A DNA stretch of 64,000 nt, taken from Epiperipatus broadwayi. Its lineage: Eukaryota; Animalia; Onychophora. The stretch's first letter is position 1, and each line of letters starts with the position of its first letter. Under the pieces are notes generated by a model. The model made no database searches. It was given only the letters and a program-made list of their open reading frames with translations, and was not told where the DNA came from. Both the position numbers and the translations under genes were made by a program. Positions 26,467 to 40,843 of this stretch are shown here, piece by piece. Location: contig JAQFVV010000007.1 in the NCBI GenBank assembly GCA_028023455.1, positions 18,290,001 through 18,354,000 on the forward strand. Direction: 5' to 3'.

Positions 26467-28639
26467 GAGTAGGCATTAGATAGGGATTTTATGCACAAGC
26501 CTTCTGGCATCCATTGATTACTCTGTTTAGCACAGGTGGCAATACTGTATGGAGAGTTTTGCTCTGTTTATCAACAATTAATGTGCTAGTATAGGAAATG
26601 TGATCATGTGATGTTAAATATCATCGGTTAGTCAAAACGTTTAATTCTGCATTCAGCAAAAATCATATATAATAATATAAAATACTTCTAGTGATTAATA
26701 TATATCAAGATTAAGACTTATACATCTGGTACAATAGTAACTGCAATACTCTTTAGACACAGAATAAGACAGTAATATTTTTATGAGAAAAGATCAACCC
26801 ATCTTATCTCATTTTTTTATTTAGAGAGTAATATAAAACTTGGGTTTATAAAAATGAATATTAAATCAACCACATAATTTATTTTAAGATATTTTATATT
26901 GAATGATATTTTTAATTGACATATATGAGAGTTTTCTCAATTTAAACATTGTCAACATTGATTCAAACAATGAAAATATGTAATACAGTGCTTAATATAT
27001 TAATGATAATTATCAGCTTTACAAATTAATCCTATTATTAAAGATTTGTGCTTATCATACATATAATTAATCCCCAATCACAGAATTATTATTAATTTAA
27101 ACACAATTAATTTTATTTCCATCAAAAGTACTGACAACCTGTGAAATTTTTAAGAGTGGTGCTTTATTATAGTATTGCACTAAAAAGTAAGAAAGAAAAG
27201 AAAACAGGGCATTTCTAATTTCACAACCACACAACTATGTTATTTTTCCATACTAATCGTTGTTATAAAAAAATCTAATATATTTTTAAGCATAACACTA
27301 TTTTCTTAATGAGATAAGTAAATCTGCATTCTCTCTTTACCTCATATTCTCAAATAGAACCACTAAACATCACATGATCACCATTCTTTATACTTACACA
27401 AATTGGTTACAAAGAGGTGATGTGATGTACTGTGACTTCTCCTTAAATGGAGTCAGGAATCTCTCAGCTCTAATTCATAGATTTTGAGCTTCAGAGTCTA
27501 CCATTTTATGACTGCATCAAACCATATAGAGAAAAACTAAGTGAATGGTTTATTGCCCGGAGGTTCATATGAGGGTTGAAGACTGTGACAAAACTGGACT
27601 GTGTTCCAGGGGTTTTAGCTCCAGAGCTGGCACCTCTACTATTACACTAACCATGCAGGCATTAGAAATAACAGTGGAGAATGAGAACAAATTATAGGCA
27701 GATATGATTTTAGAGGAGAAAATGAACAGTGAAAAACTTTTAGTAATAGACTTAGAATATGATATCATAATTTATGAATGCAGCCACAGAGATTGAACAA
27801 TAGAAAAGTAAAGAATCAGGTAAACATGATGCTGATAAATGAACATAGTCAAATTTGTATAACAAGGCTGGATGGTAAATTAGTAATTGTAATCATCAAG
27901 TTGAAACCCAGAAAATAAAGATCATGATAATGATAAATATAAATATTAAACCAAAACCCTCACCCACAAATGAAGAGATTAGATCAGGATAGCAATGATA
28001 AAAATATGAGAAAAATCAGTGCTTAAAGAAAAAATGGATTAAAAAATAGATTCAAAAATGATAAATCTCAATAAAGCTTTGGAGTAACCTGTTGCCAAAA
28101 TATACTAAAAGGAAGAAGAGTTTAAAAAAGATTGGATTATATAAAAGCACTCCAACTAATACAGGAAAAGTAAATGCTGAAAATCAGAAAGGGTAAATTA
28201 ACATTTTCCAAATAGCAATATAAGGCAGAATGTTATGAGATGAAGAAAACAATGAGAAAAATAAACAATAATGATTTACTTAGAGAATATCTTCATGAGT
28301 ATAACTAATAGGAATTTGCAATTAAAATAGAGGATAATAAAAGATAAATAAGGAAAAATGCTAGGGAAAAGCTATTGAGAATAAATTAAATGACATCATC
28401 ATCTTTTAGTTGTGGTGATGGTATTTTAATGGTGAAGTTAAAAGAAAAATGAAAAACAGTGATAATTTCTTCATTTTTCCATTATTTTGAAATTCTTATT
28501 TTTCTTCAATTTTTCATTTTTTTTTTAAACTTCACCATTAAAATACCATCACCACAACTAAAATATCCCTGGAATTTTCCTTGTGCTCCAAAAAAAAACA
28601 AAAAAAAAACAGATTTTTATTCAAATTTATTTTTAGCTT

Positions 28640-29800
28640 GCTTGTAAATTTATATGTTGGGAGACATTAGTGGCTTTAATTGTCCTAGATTCACCATAGT
28701 ATACTGATTTGCAAGCAGTGTTACTGCATTTGATTTTATACATGCTCTGAGATGTTTGATTTTCTTTGGTGTTATTTAGTAGTCTGTTCAAATTTGGGAG
28801 GGGGTGGATTATAAGATGTATATTATATGTATAAATGCAGATCTTATTTGTTTTGTGCAAAAGTTTTGATATATATGGTATATTCATTCATGGTTTATTA
28901 TCTGCTGGGGTTGTGATTGTTTTTTTATTATAGAATTTCTTGATCATATTTCTTAAGGCTCTTCTGCTATAGCCTATTCTGCATACATCATTCATATAGA
29001 TCTCTATGTTAGCTTTCCAATCAGCTTAATATTTACAAAATCTAAGGTTTCTATCTTGGGTATGAGGGAAATTGCATCTCAAATTTCAATTGGCTTGATC
29101 ATTTTAAAATCTAATAAGTTTTTGTTTCTTTGAATGTATAAATCTAAAAACTTTACATTTTCATGTTCAATTGTCCATTGGAGTGCAATTTTTTGCTTTA
29201 ATTCTTCACGTAGTTTTATGTTGTATTCAGCAGGCACACATATCAAAATGTCATCAATATACAGTTCATAAATAATATTGGCACCTTTATGTAAATATTT
29301 GTGAATAATTTATTTTTTTGTCTTAGCTAATGTTAAACTGTATGAAGCTGCTTACAGGCAAATAAAACTGCATATGAAGCTGCTAATGGGCCAACTTATG
29401 GGCCATGCTTTCTCCATAATGTAATATTTACTGTTAAACTGTGTAGTAATATTACTATCTAACCAATATGAAGTGTCAACTATAAGGTTAAATACATAAT
29501 ATTTGAAGAAATTAAAAGATTAATAAATATTCTCATAATTATTGAAAGGCCATTGTTGCAAATAAGTGCTTGGTAAGATATGGACATTTTTTGTAGTATA
29601 TATGTGAATTTACTACATGTTTGATGGAGAGTAAAATATATTTTCTATCTATGTAAAAGTTGCCAAATGGGCTTTTAGTACTTTTGCAACCATAGCCATG
29701 GTTAGTGTTGAAATAATATTACGCAAATGAAAACATTTTATTAATTAAAATTCCAATTGTAATTTAATTGAATACTATGATTGGTTATGGGTATGACTTA
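28640..29800 (-). mobile_element. Penelope-like element remnant (RT + GIY-YIG endonuclease)
   Basis: FNSKYY, YIDDIL and WTIEHENVKFLDL on -, then MYKIKCSNTACKSVYYGESR (GIY-YIG-like); many stops. Confidence 0.75.
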
Positions 29801-30104
29801 AATTAAATGTTACTTATTTCTCATTTATGGTGATGTCTTTGCTTGCACACAACATCGATATTATCAAAATGAAAAATATACCCAATTTCTTTTTTCTGAT
29901 TTAAAAAAGGTAATAGCAAATTAGGATCTATTTTAAAATGATTGTATTGATAGGTATTAGGATTCCCACACCTCCACAATTATTCAATAATCTTTGCATA
30001 AAATTTATTTTATTTTTTGAATGATTAATGAGCCTAATCAAATTAATTTGACACTGAAAATCAATATTATAGTAATTATCCAGAATTAATATATGTCATA
30101 GATG

Positions 30105-30530
<426 letters not shown>

Positions 30531-32365
30531 TAATAGTTAAACATTAAATAAAGTACTATGCTTCACTTGGTATTTTAAATCTAATGCTTGAATATCCTAG
30601 CACGTCATTGATAAAAGCCATAGCTAGAAAACGGTCTGATGATAGGGATATTCTGAAAAGCTTGGTTAAGAGCTATTGGCATGCTCATTATATAACATAT
30701 ATATATATCATTTTCAAATATTATTGTTCCATTACATCATGGTCTTTTCCAATTTCTTTCAGCCCTAATTTATTTGCTTTTTTGTTTATAATCACTACAG
30801 CAAAGCCATATGTGATGTAGCATAGTGGCCAAGTATTAAAACTCAAGAGCTAAAGGTTTTCTATATGTTATTTTGGATCTCAAACATAACTCAACTTTGT
30901 GAGCAATTAACTACATTATTTCTTTTATTATAGCAAATTTCCTTAATTCATTCTTCAATTCATCTCAAGTGTAGCATCTTTCTAGATCTTTCAAGATTCT
31001 GTTTTAAAAAATATATATCTTGGGATAATCCTTTCATTACAACTGACATTAAAATTTTTATGGGTATATTTTTAAGTAACAGTCTTAAATAATATTTGAT
31101 TTTTTTAAGTCATGTAGAACATATGACTACGTAGCACATGTACAGATATCTAACATCCACATTGCTAACTCTGTAACATTGTTAAAATCACAAAGTTTTT
31201 TCTGAAAAAAGCTTTAAGTTTTATTTGATTTAGTTTGCCCTACATGGGTTAAAGCTATAGTGAAGTGTCACACTCTGAAACTTGAGGTTCTTGGATTGAT
31301 TCCAGTCCTAAAACTTCCAACTTTCAAACTTAACTTCCAGGCAAAACAGTCATTTGGTTATTTTCATTCACTCGCAGCCTTCAACATAAATGATTAAAGA
31401 ACAGGCTGTGTAAATACAAATACACTTTTCCATTTAAAAATGCTCACTTTCTGACAATTGTTTTATGGTTATAATGAAGTAATATCTCTAAGATCTCAAA
31501 TATTTTATCTATTGAACCTAAGAATGTTTGTTGGTCCCAAATTTCAACATCATGCACAAGTTGCAAGTGAATAGAAAATCACCCAGAGAGATTTAACATA
31601 GTCATATTTTTATCTTATAATTCAAGATATACTAAAAAAACTGCAAATAGTATAATAGTAATTAGATATCAGTTAAAGCTAACTGAATCATAACCATTCA
31701 TAATGTAAATTCTTCCAGAATTTTATTTATGTTAGCATTCATTTATATCTAAATATTTGTTTTAAGTATGTGGACTATATTAATGCTTATGTGTTGTATC
31801 TCATTTTATTCATGTTGCATCTCTTATGATCAAAAATAATATATACTTATATTTATAAATAAACTCATTCAAAACATTCTCTTGAAGCTTTTAAGCAGTA
31901 GCAATAGAAATAGTCAAAGCACTACTACTATATATTACTATTTCTTCCTAATAATTATATGTTTAATTAATTAGAAATTCAAAACACATGTATAGTTTCA
32001 AGCAAGGATTATTATAAACAATGATTATATTATTTTCAAGTATTTATTACAAGCTCTTTGAAAATAAGATCTTACAAAGATTAATGCAAATAGTTAAACA
32101 CAATCTATTTTTAGAATGGGTTAAATTTGGGCTAGGTCAAAACTGTTATGAATAATTTGTATTTTAAACTACTCACATTGAAAAAGACTTTTGAAATAAG
32201 TCAAATACTGATGCATTCTTTAATTTATTAATCTAATTTCAACTTATAAGTGTTTGGGAAAAAATTTTTTTTTTGGCTAAAAATCTAAATTTTTTTTAAT
32301 TCAGTATACGTTAACAGTAATTTCCAGACTTAGAATATAATAACTGAAATACAGGCTTGTTATAT

Positions 32366-33565
32366 CATCATCATCATCAACCATTATCAATCCACTGCAA
32401 GATGAAGGTCTCTCCAAGTTCAATCCATCTTTTCCTATCTTTAGCTTCTCTTCTCCACATCACCGCTGCACACTTTCTTATATCATTCATCCATCTCACA
32501 TGTTGTCTCTTTCTGGGTCTTTTACAATCTCTTGGAATTCAGTTTAAAATTTCAATTGTTCATCTATTATCATCTCTTCTAGCAATATGTCCAGCCCAAC
32601 TCCACTTCAGTCTTTTAATTTTTTCAATGAGGTCAGTAACACCTGTTTGTTCTCTTACCCATACATTGCATTTTCAATCTCTTCTTGTTATTCCCAACAT
32701 GCATCTCATACTTCTTTGAGTGATCTGAAGTCTCTGTATTGCTCTTCTATTAAGTGTCCAAGTCTCAGATCCATAAGTAAGAACTGGCAAAACACATTTA
32801 TTAAAAACCTTCCTTTTCAAACACATAGGCATATTTCCTTTTAGTATCAAGTTATTTCTACCAAAAGCACTCCAACCAAGTTTAATTCTATGATTAATTT
32901 CATCCATTATATTTCTATCTGCATTAATAATCTGACCAAGGTATTTGTAACTGTAAACTTCTTCTAACTTATCATAATCAATCTTTATTTTCATATTTTG
33001 AGAAAATCTATTAAACATTACTTTAGTCTTTTTAACATTTATCTTTAGTACTATTTTTCTACTTTCATCTGATAACTCCTACAACATTTCCTGTAGCTCT
33101 AAAGCATTGTTTGCAAAAACAACTACATCATCTGCAAAAACAACTACATCATCTGCAAAATCTAAATGACTTAAATAATCTCCATTTACTTTCACTCCTT
33201 TAGCTTCCCATTTTAATCCACAAAATACTTCTTGCAGCACTGCTGTAAAAAGTTTTGGATATATGGAGTCACCCTGTCTTACACCCTTTTCAATGTTGAT
33301 TTTCCTACTATCATTATGTAATCTAATTGTTGCTGTTGCAATTTTATAAATATTCTTTAAAATGTGAAAATATCCACCAACCAAGAGAACAAGCTGGATT
33401 TAAAAGTGGTTTTAGTACAATAGATCATATCCAGATATTGAGAGAAGTTATAGAAAGGACAAATGAATATGAGTTGCCATTATGCTTAGGATTTGTAGAT
33501 TATGAAAAGGCATTTGATTCTATAAACATTTCTTCAGTGATTAAAGCATTGGATCATCAAGGTGT
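32366..33565 (-). mobile_element. 5'-truncated RTE copy with a classical twin-priming inversion
   Basis: RT 3' part on - (32366-33375), inverted piece on + (33373-33563), tcc microhomology; TSD aggcttgttatat (32353-32365) and aggcttattatat (33566-33578). Confidence 0.9.
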
Positions 33566-36440
33566 AGGCTTATTATATACCTGTATCAATATATGTAATA
33601 TATAGGGTATATGAGCACAGACTTTTACACAACCCATCACTCTCCACTCTATCTCATTACACTGATACACTTGAACACATATATGTCAAAAAGATAAATA
33701 ATCACCAATATACATATTTCATGCTAAACCAGCAATCATTAGTTGGTAGATTATCATCTCTACACATATATGCAATAAGTGCTCAAATATATATTAAGAT
33801 AGCCAATCTTCATATTTTAATGGACAGGCTTCAATCCACTCACACTCCAACTTTTCAACCATCCATCCCATTGAAAATCTGATGATGGAATGCTGAGGTT
33901 GAAATTCTTGTCATCTGCACTGATGAAATATAACAAGATAAATCTTGCCCTGATGTAAAAAATTCTAGATGTGAAAAGTGGGAACATCTTTTTCATAGAC
34001 CTGGGATTTGTTCCCAATTCCATAAAGACAATATGTTCAACTTTTCCATCTAAACGGAAAAATAAGTATAACCTTTCTGCAATAACAGACTGAAATATGT
34101 TCCTAGCAGTATTATTTAGGAATAACATTGGACCAAAACCTATCATATATTCCTAATCCAATGAAGATTAGATTTAAAAGTGCCTAAAAAAGGCAACTTA
34201 CTTGGAAACCAGCTAACAGTACTTGGGATATGATGATATTTTCTTAAGCAATAGCATAATCTATTGGTAAATACTAAATCTTCACATGCAGAAATAATAC
34301 AAACCCTAAGCTTCTGAATATATAATTAAATATCATTGTGAGAAATATTCCTGACCCAATTGAGTGGATTTTTATATTTTGACCTATTCTTCCATCAGAG
34401 ATCAACAGACAGGTTGCCCCACAAAACTGTATAAAATTATTAAGAACAGTATTACTACTAACTTGTAATACAATTTCACTATATTTTGAGATTTTTGTGG
34501 ATGCCAGCCAAAAAAAATTCTTTAGAATAACCAAAAATTAGCCATAAGAAATTGACTTTTTGCAAAATTTAAAAAAAAAATTTTTTTTGTCATTTGAATA
34601 ATAAAGTTAACTGGATTTGAACTTCCTAGTTGTTACTGTAGAATAATTTTTAGATAACACTTCTCATTGAGTTATGTATTTCAGCAGTGAAATTTACCCT
34701 CCCTCCGACATATGTTGTTATGGCCAAACAAAAATGTGAATCACATAATGAGTTGTAATCTATGCATCCATTAGCAAAACAGAATCGTATCTCCAGGTTG
34801 AAATTTCAACAGACTACTTTATAATGTTTGTGAATGGACTTAAACAATTCCATGCATTAGGCCATAAATAAATTGGTTTCAAGTAATTTTTTTTTGGAGA
34901 ATAAACATGTCTTGGATAGCTATTCAAATTGGGAGACTCCATCATAAATACCTGTATTAATCATGAACTTAGGAGAAAATTTTGTAGTCAATGAAAATTT
35001 AAGATTTAGTTTTTGTTTGGCCAAAGGTTAAGTCAGTTAAGGAGACAATCAGTCATGCCGATTGTAAGAATGTGAGTGCTTTAGCGGTTTTCCAATTATG
35101 ATTTTTCTCTGGCTAAGTTTAGCTAGATACACATTTGCTAAACATTGTTGGATGGCTAACAAGTTTGACTGTGGGTCAGATAAGACAACTAAATCTTTCG
35201 AACAAAAAAATCATTGGGTTTGGATTTAAAACCCAGGGTCATAAACATGGCACTTTGAATGCATTAAGCATGAATTACAAAGCCTTTCATATAAATATAT
35301 ACAATTCACTAACTAAATTTCTATTAGCCTAAGCCGCCTATACTGCTATTATTTTTTAACGACAGCAAGATATTGAAACTCCAGCAAATAGCTAAAGTTT
35401 TCTAGATCAAAATCAGTCTGCCCTTCTGCTTGAACGTTGTATGACCACCCGAGCAATTGATTACTTCGATCCATTTCTTAGGTTATTAAATAGAAATAAT
35501 AATATTGAAAAATTAAAACGCCGCCTAAAGACAGCAATTATGAAAAGAAAAATTGCGAATATATAAGTAAAAGTTTAGTTGAGCATAATTCCATCAGAGG
35601 GTAGTATTGTATAAGTAAAATAAGTTTTGACGGAAAGGATTTTTAACATCGTACTGTATTTTAGTTTAAAAGATGTTTCATAAAATTAGGTGTTTTATTG
35701 AAAAAAAAATATTTGTTGCTAAACTTAAATTGCTTCGTGTGTGTTCATCATTCTGATGGAGGTTTGATCAAATCATAAGAAAGGAAGACTATTGACATCG
35801 CACCACCTTCTTGATCTTTTTAAGTCGAGAATCAGTGATTAATAACCCGCTTATTTATTCGGATCTATAAGATTCCTTGATGAGATATCGAATTAATTAT
35901 TTCCCCTATTTTAAAAATCGATTCAAATCCGTTATTTCAAAACTAATTGATTTATATATTTTTATGCAATTATTTTTTTCTAATTAAATTTTCCCTATAT
36001 AATTGATTATCTGTATTTTTAGCTATTTATGTATGCAAAAAGAAACGCACTACAGACCTATAAATAAAGTATCCGCCAATCGCCGAGGTTGTAGGGTCTA
36101 AGAGGGTATTTCTAATTTACTGAAGAGCGGCCATTGCTACCAAATGGAGCTCTTTTTTTTTTTTGTATCTGCTTTTATGTCTCCTGATTCAGTTAAGCTG
36201 TTGGGTGCCGTATTGACTTTATTGACCTTTATCTTTATTGCAGATTTTATTGAAGCGCCGCATTCTACGTGTCCACTTAACCTCTTTTTGAAGAAAAATA
36301 TGGTCAATGACCGAGACGATCGAACCTTTCAAAAATAACATAATAATGAAAATCTATATCGCAAACTTATATATGTGTAAACGTAGTTATGCTATATAAA
36401 TATTTCAATTTGCATTTTTTAATATTTGTTACGTAGTGTA

Positions 36441-36954
36441 CATTTTTTTCATTCTTACAAAAACACACACACACACACATTCTGCCATATCAGGCAACTG
36501 AGAAGAAAGACCATGGGTGTTTCTTGATCTTAAACTTGGAGGTAAAAAGCCAATAAAATCAACTCACCATCTGGCTAATGTTTGTTGGTGAGCAGTATAT
36601 GAATAATCACATAGTAATAACAGCTGCAACGACAAGAACGTATGGAGTGGATATTAGAAATTTGCCCTGCTTGGCTCCTTTGAAGCCACCAAGAGAAATC
36701 AAAGGGCCTCATTTCACTTAATGACAAACTCCTTTCTGAAGAAGAGTTGATAATGGATGGACAATTGAAATCTTAAACTGATTCCAAGAGATTGTAAAAG
36801 ACCCAGAAAGAGACCACAGGTGAGATAGATGGATGAAGTAAGAAAGTGTGCAGGGGTGATGTGGAGAAGAGAGGCGAGAGATAGGAAAAGATGGATTGAA
36901 ATTTCGAGAGACCTGCATTCTGCAGTGGATTGATAATGTTTGACTGATGATAAT
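36441..36954 (+). mobile_element. RTE derivative: inverted 5' UTR fused to the 3' end
   Basis: 36441-36740 matches 24280-24570 in the same + orientation (antisense 5' UTR), followed by the sense RTE 3' end; gtagtgta direct repeat at 36433-36440 and 36955-36962. Confidence 0.85.
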
Positions 36955-37800
36955 GTAGTGTAAATCGATATCTAGCGGTCTATTATTTGAAGGCAAATAT
37001 ATAGGTATAGGTAAAAATATAACCGCCTTTTGAAAATTCATATGATTATGTTTTATCTGTCTCTTGAAACTATATATATACTCTACATATATTAATAACT
37101 AAGAACGCACAATCTGATCACTAAAGAAGGTATTTACTGATAATTGATGGTAATTAGTGCCTTTGCTTCTCATTAATCAAAGATACAGTACTTCTTTTTT
37201 TAAGTAAAAGACTCGCCAAAGTTTATGATGCAAGTCAGATTGTCATCTCTCTCCTCGTCAAAAAATTGGCGACGTATTACTGCGATGTCTCGGTATTATC
37301 AGATTTTGATACAGTATATAAACTTTTGCAACAACTGATGCAACTTTCTCGCATTATCTCATAAAATTGTATCTAAATATGCCATGACATATGAAAAAAA
37401 AAAAATTTAAAATAAACAATAAATTTCTTGGCTGATTAATATCCTTTTAGGAATAGTAGTTCTATTTATTTTTCCAGAGCCATAGGCTATAAGTTCAATA
37501 ATCGTAGGAGATGGTAGTTGTTATCATCTGCAGACTAATTGCTGGCTAATGACCTTATTGTTATTCATGGAATTTTGTTGTAATTGCTGTCAGGAATTTT
37601 ATAATAAATACTCACAATCTATGCAAATTATCACTGAAAAAGTTTCAGCAGAATTATAATCTACAAAAGCAATATCAGGGTGATTTTTGTTTCATTTATT
37701 TCTGTTATTCACTGCCATTATTCTTGATAGCAGGCAGTATACTATTAGCAAAAAACAACAACAACAAAACATCAAAAAATGGTTGTCAACTAAATATAAC

Positions 37801-38574
37801 ACATCACATGATCATCATTTCATTTTACTACATGCTGGTAATAAGAGTACAGACTCTCCATACAGTAGTGCCACCAAGTGCAAGCCTTCATAATCAATGA
37901 ATGCAGGAAGGTTTGTGCATAAAATCCCTATCTAGTACCTACTCATCCAACACATCTAGACTAGTTTCTAGCTTGTGGCTTTCGTCAATGAGGAGCCATT
38001 GAAAGCTTGCACTTGGTGGCACTACTGTATGGAGAGTTTGGTACTCTTATTAACAGAATGTGTATGCATATGAAATAATGATTATGTGATGCTTTGATGG
38101 TTTCACACCTATCATGCCCATAGGATAATGGTGACTGGTTTTTGAAAAACCAAAGACATTGAAATTATATAGATGCTGAACTAAGCTCAGATTTATATGA
38201 CTACACAAGCGAATGAGCTTGGGTTGAAAACATTATGGTATTTTCATCTTCTAGCTTTATAGTTAACTAGAGATAGATTTATATGACTACACAAGCGAAT
38301 GAGCTTGGGTTGAAAACATTATGGTATTTTCATCTTCTAGCTTTATAGTTAACTAGAGATAGAACAGAACTGCTGGAGGATTGGATTAGATTCTAAGATC
38401 TAGCTGCAGTGCTCTCAAAGCCAATGCTCTTCATTGATGAAAGTCAGAAGCTAGAAATTAGTCTGGGGCTGTTGGATGAGTAGACACTAAATAGGAGTTT
38501 TATGCACCTGCATCCATTGATTATAAAGACTTGTACTTGGTAGCACTACTATATGGAGAGTTTGATACTCTTAT
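37801..38574. mobile_element. Hammerhead element (family A), inverted arm plus more than one monomer
   Basis: 10 bp TSD taaatataac at 37791-37800 and 38575-38584; cores at 37988-37959 (-) and 38434-38463 (+). Confidence 0.88.
38189..38360 (+). repeat. Perfect 86 bp tandem duplication inside a hammerhead element
   Basis: 38189-38274 equals 38275-38360. Confidence 0.9.
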
Positions 38575-40843
38575 TAAATATAACTCACTGAATTTCTCTA
38601 TGGTGACATGTTTAGACACCTACTTGGGATTGGAAATATTTTTGTACCACTATTATCCGTGGGATTTTTTTCCAATTTACTGAACCATGCTTGATTTTGA
38701 TAGCTATTCAATTATGGGTTGGTAAATGGACATTTTACTATTATTAGCCAGAGAGCAATGCTTTATGTTTAACTGGAATTGTTTTAACTGCAAAATAAAA
38801 AAAATGATGATTGTAATATGGTACAAACCTTCACCTATCATTATATTCCTAATGTCTATGAGCACTTGATTTAACTCAATTTTTTTTTTTCTAGAAAGTA
38901 TCTAACAAGTGAATCTTAAAAGAAAAATAAAAGAACTAACGACTGATACTAATTTATTCAGCAAAAGTTTTATATCTCTAATAAATAAATTGATAGAAAA
39001 TTATTGCCAGGATTTTCTGATGATGATCAAATTACTATAGTTAAGAATACTTTAGTAAGTTTCTTAAAAAAATAATTGAATGGTTTGTGCTTGAGATTTC
39101 ATAAGAATTTGAAGCATTAGAAGTGACAGTGATGGGTCATAATTGATGGAAATTGAGTTCCTTTGTTTGCTAATCTACCACTGTATCGAACAATGCAAGC
39201 AGAATGTTGGGTTTATTCAATATTTTACTAAACCAGTTGGTAGTTTAACTTTTACTTGTTCCTAACTGAAGAGTGAAATGATGGTTGTACTGCCCAAATC
39301 GTCACTACCCAATTATTGTCAAACCTGGTATTACCATCTTCACCATTCTTCTATGGGAAGGGAGACTACTGGAAAAAAAATATTTGCCTTTCGGGTAGTT
39401 GTTTAAAGGCGGTTTTACATTAGCTACTTTAAATTTTTAATATAAAGGTGCACAAACATCAGAAGTTTTCTATTAAAGATATTATTACTCTTTGGAGTTC
39501 TAAAAAATGGAACAGGCTAAATTTCTTATTTCTATTTTGTATATATTTTGACACGGTGTTATATACAAGTTCGAAGATGAAACATTACAGTTTCCCATCT
39601 CAGATTTCTGATAGATTTTAATTCATTATCAATTGGGAGAGGACGGTTGAAACAACTGCAAATATAAGAATATGTATGGAATGCTCATTTTCTTTTACAT
39701 TTACTATCATGACAATATATGTTACGATCTTCATATTCTAGAAGTTGTAAACTGAAGGCAGAAAGTAGAATTACCAGGGTATGATCCTAGGTACCCATTT
39801 ACGATGATCTTTTATTTATGTGCCTAATAATAACAGTCACTTGTAGACGAGTACGTCTTTCTATCTCAAAAGAAAGAAAGAAAAATAGAGAGGAAAAAAA
39901 AGTGCTCTAGAAATGAATTTTATGACGACTATAGAAACTAATGTGTGAACTAGAAATCCATTGACACCTAGAATATGCTGATTCATTGTTCTTGTTTACT
40001 TGATATTTTACAATGTTGTCTTTTAATTTCCTCAGCAGAAAACTTTTCTGAACGATTTTGATGCCAGTTCCAATTGTGTTTAATTTTCATTTTCTGCCAT
40101 ATATATAACCAATGTAAACAACAGATATTACACTTCTTTATATTGCCTGTGAAATTTATTCTTACCTGCCCCATGAAAACCATGCTTACGCTTATCATAA
40201 AACCTACTTTTAGGAAGTCATACATTATTCACTTGATTTACATGTCCATTCCAAAAAGTTGTTAATAGTGGATTCTATAGTATCACATTCACTAAGCTAA
40301 AGAATATATTGGTTGGTGTTATAATTTTGCTGTTGCATTTTTAAATTTTACTATGGTTTATCCATAAATAAAACTTTTCTACTGCACCAATAGAGTGTCC
40401 AAGTCTTACTAAATTTCAATAGTTATTTTCCTTATGTTTTTGTATTTTTAAAATATCTATGGTTCATCATTAAATAAAACTTTTCTACTGAACCAATAGA
40501 GTGTCCAAGTCTTACTTCCATACAATAAATTAAGTAAAATAACAGCTTTATAAACAGCTAATTTTATTTCAGTAGTTACTTTCCTTGTGTTGTATCTTTT
40601 AATTTGTTAAAAGCAGTAGCATATTGGAGTCTGTGGTGTACTTCAGTATTTAAGCTCAACCTTCTACTTAACAAAACTACTAAGGTAGTTAAACTGATTT
40701 AGTGTGATTGTTTTCAACTGAAGGAATCTTGCATGAATTGGAAGAACAAATGTGATACTAAACAGAGCATGGTTGAAGTTTGTGAAGTTAAAAAAATGGT
40801 CAAGAGACAATTGATTTGAAAAGAGGTATGTAATTATTATAAA

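Larger units (their letters stand above)
26159..26612. mobile_element. Hammerhead element (family A), near-perfect palindrome with two ribozymes
   Basis: Arms ~26159-26326 and ~26404-26573; 14 bp TSD gttaaatatcatcg at 26145-26158 and 26613-26626. Confidence 0.9.

Noticed and set aside
26159-26612. MITE or foldback DNA transposon interpretation of the palindromes
   Set aside because: Arm lengths and inner breakpoints differ at each locus, TSD length varies from 9 to 15 bp, and the unit wraps around in tandem.
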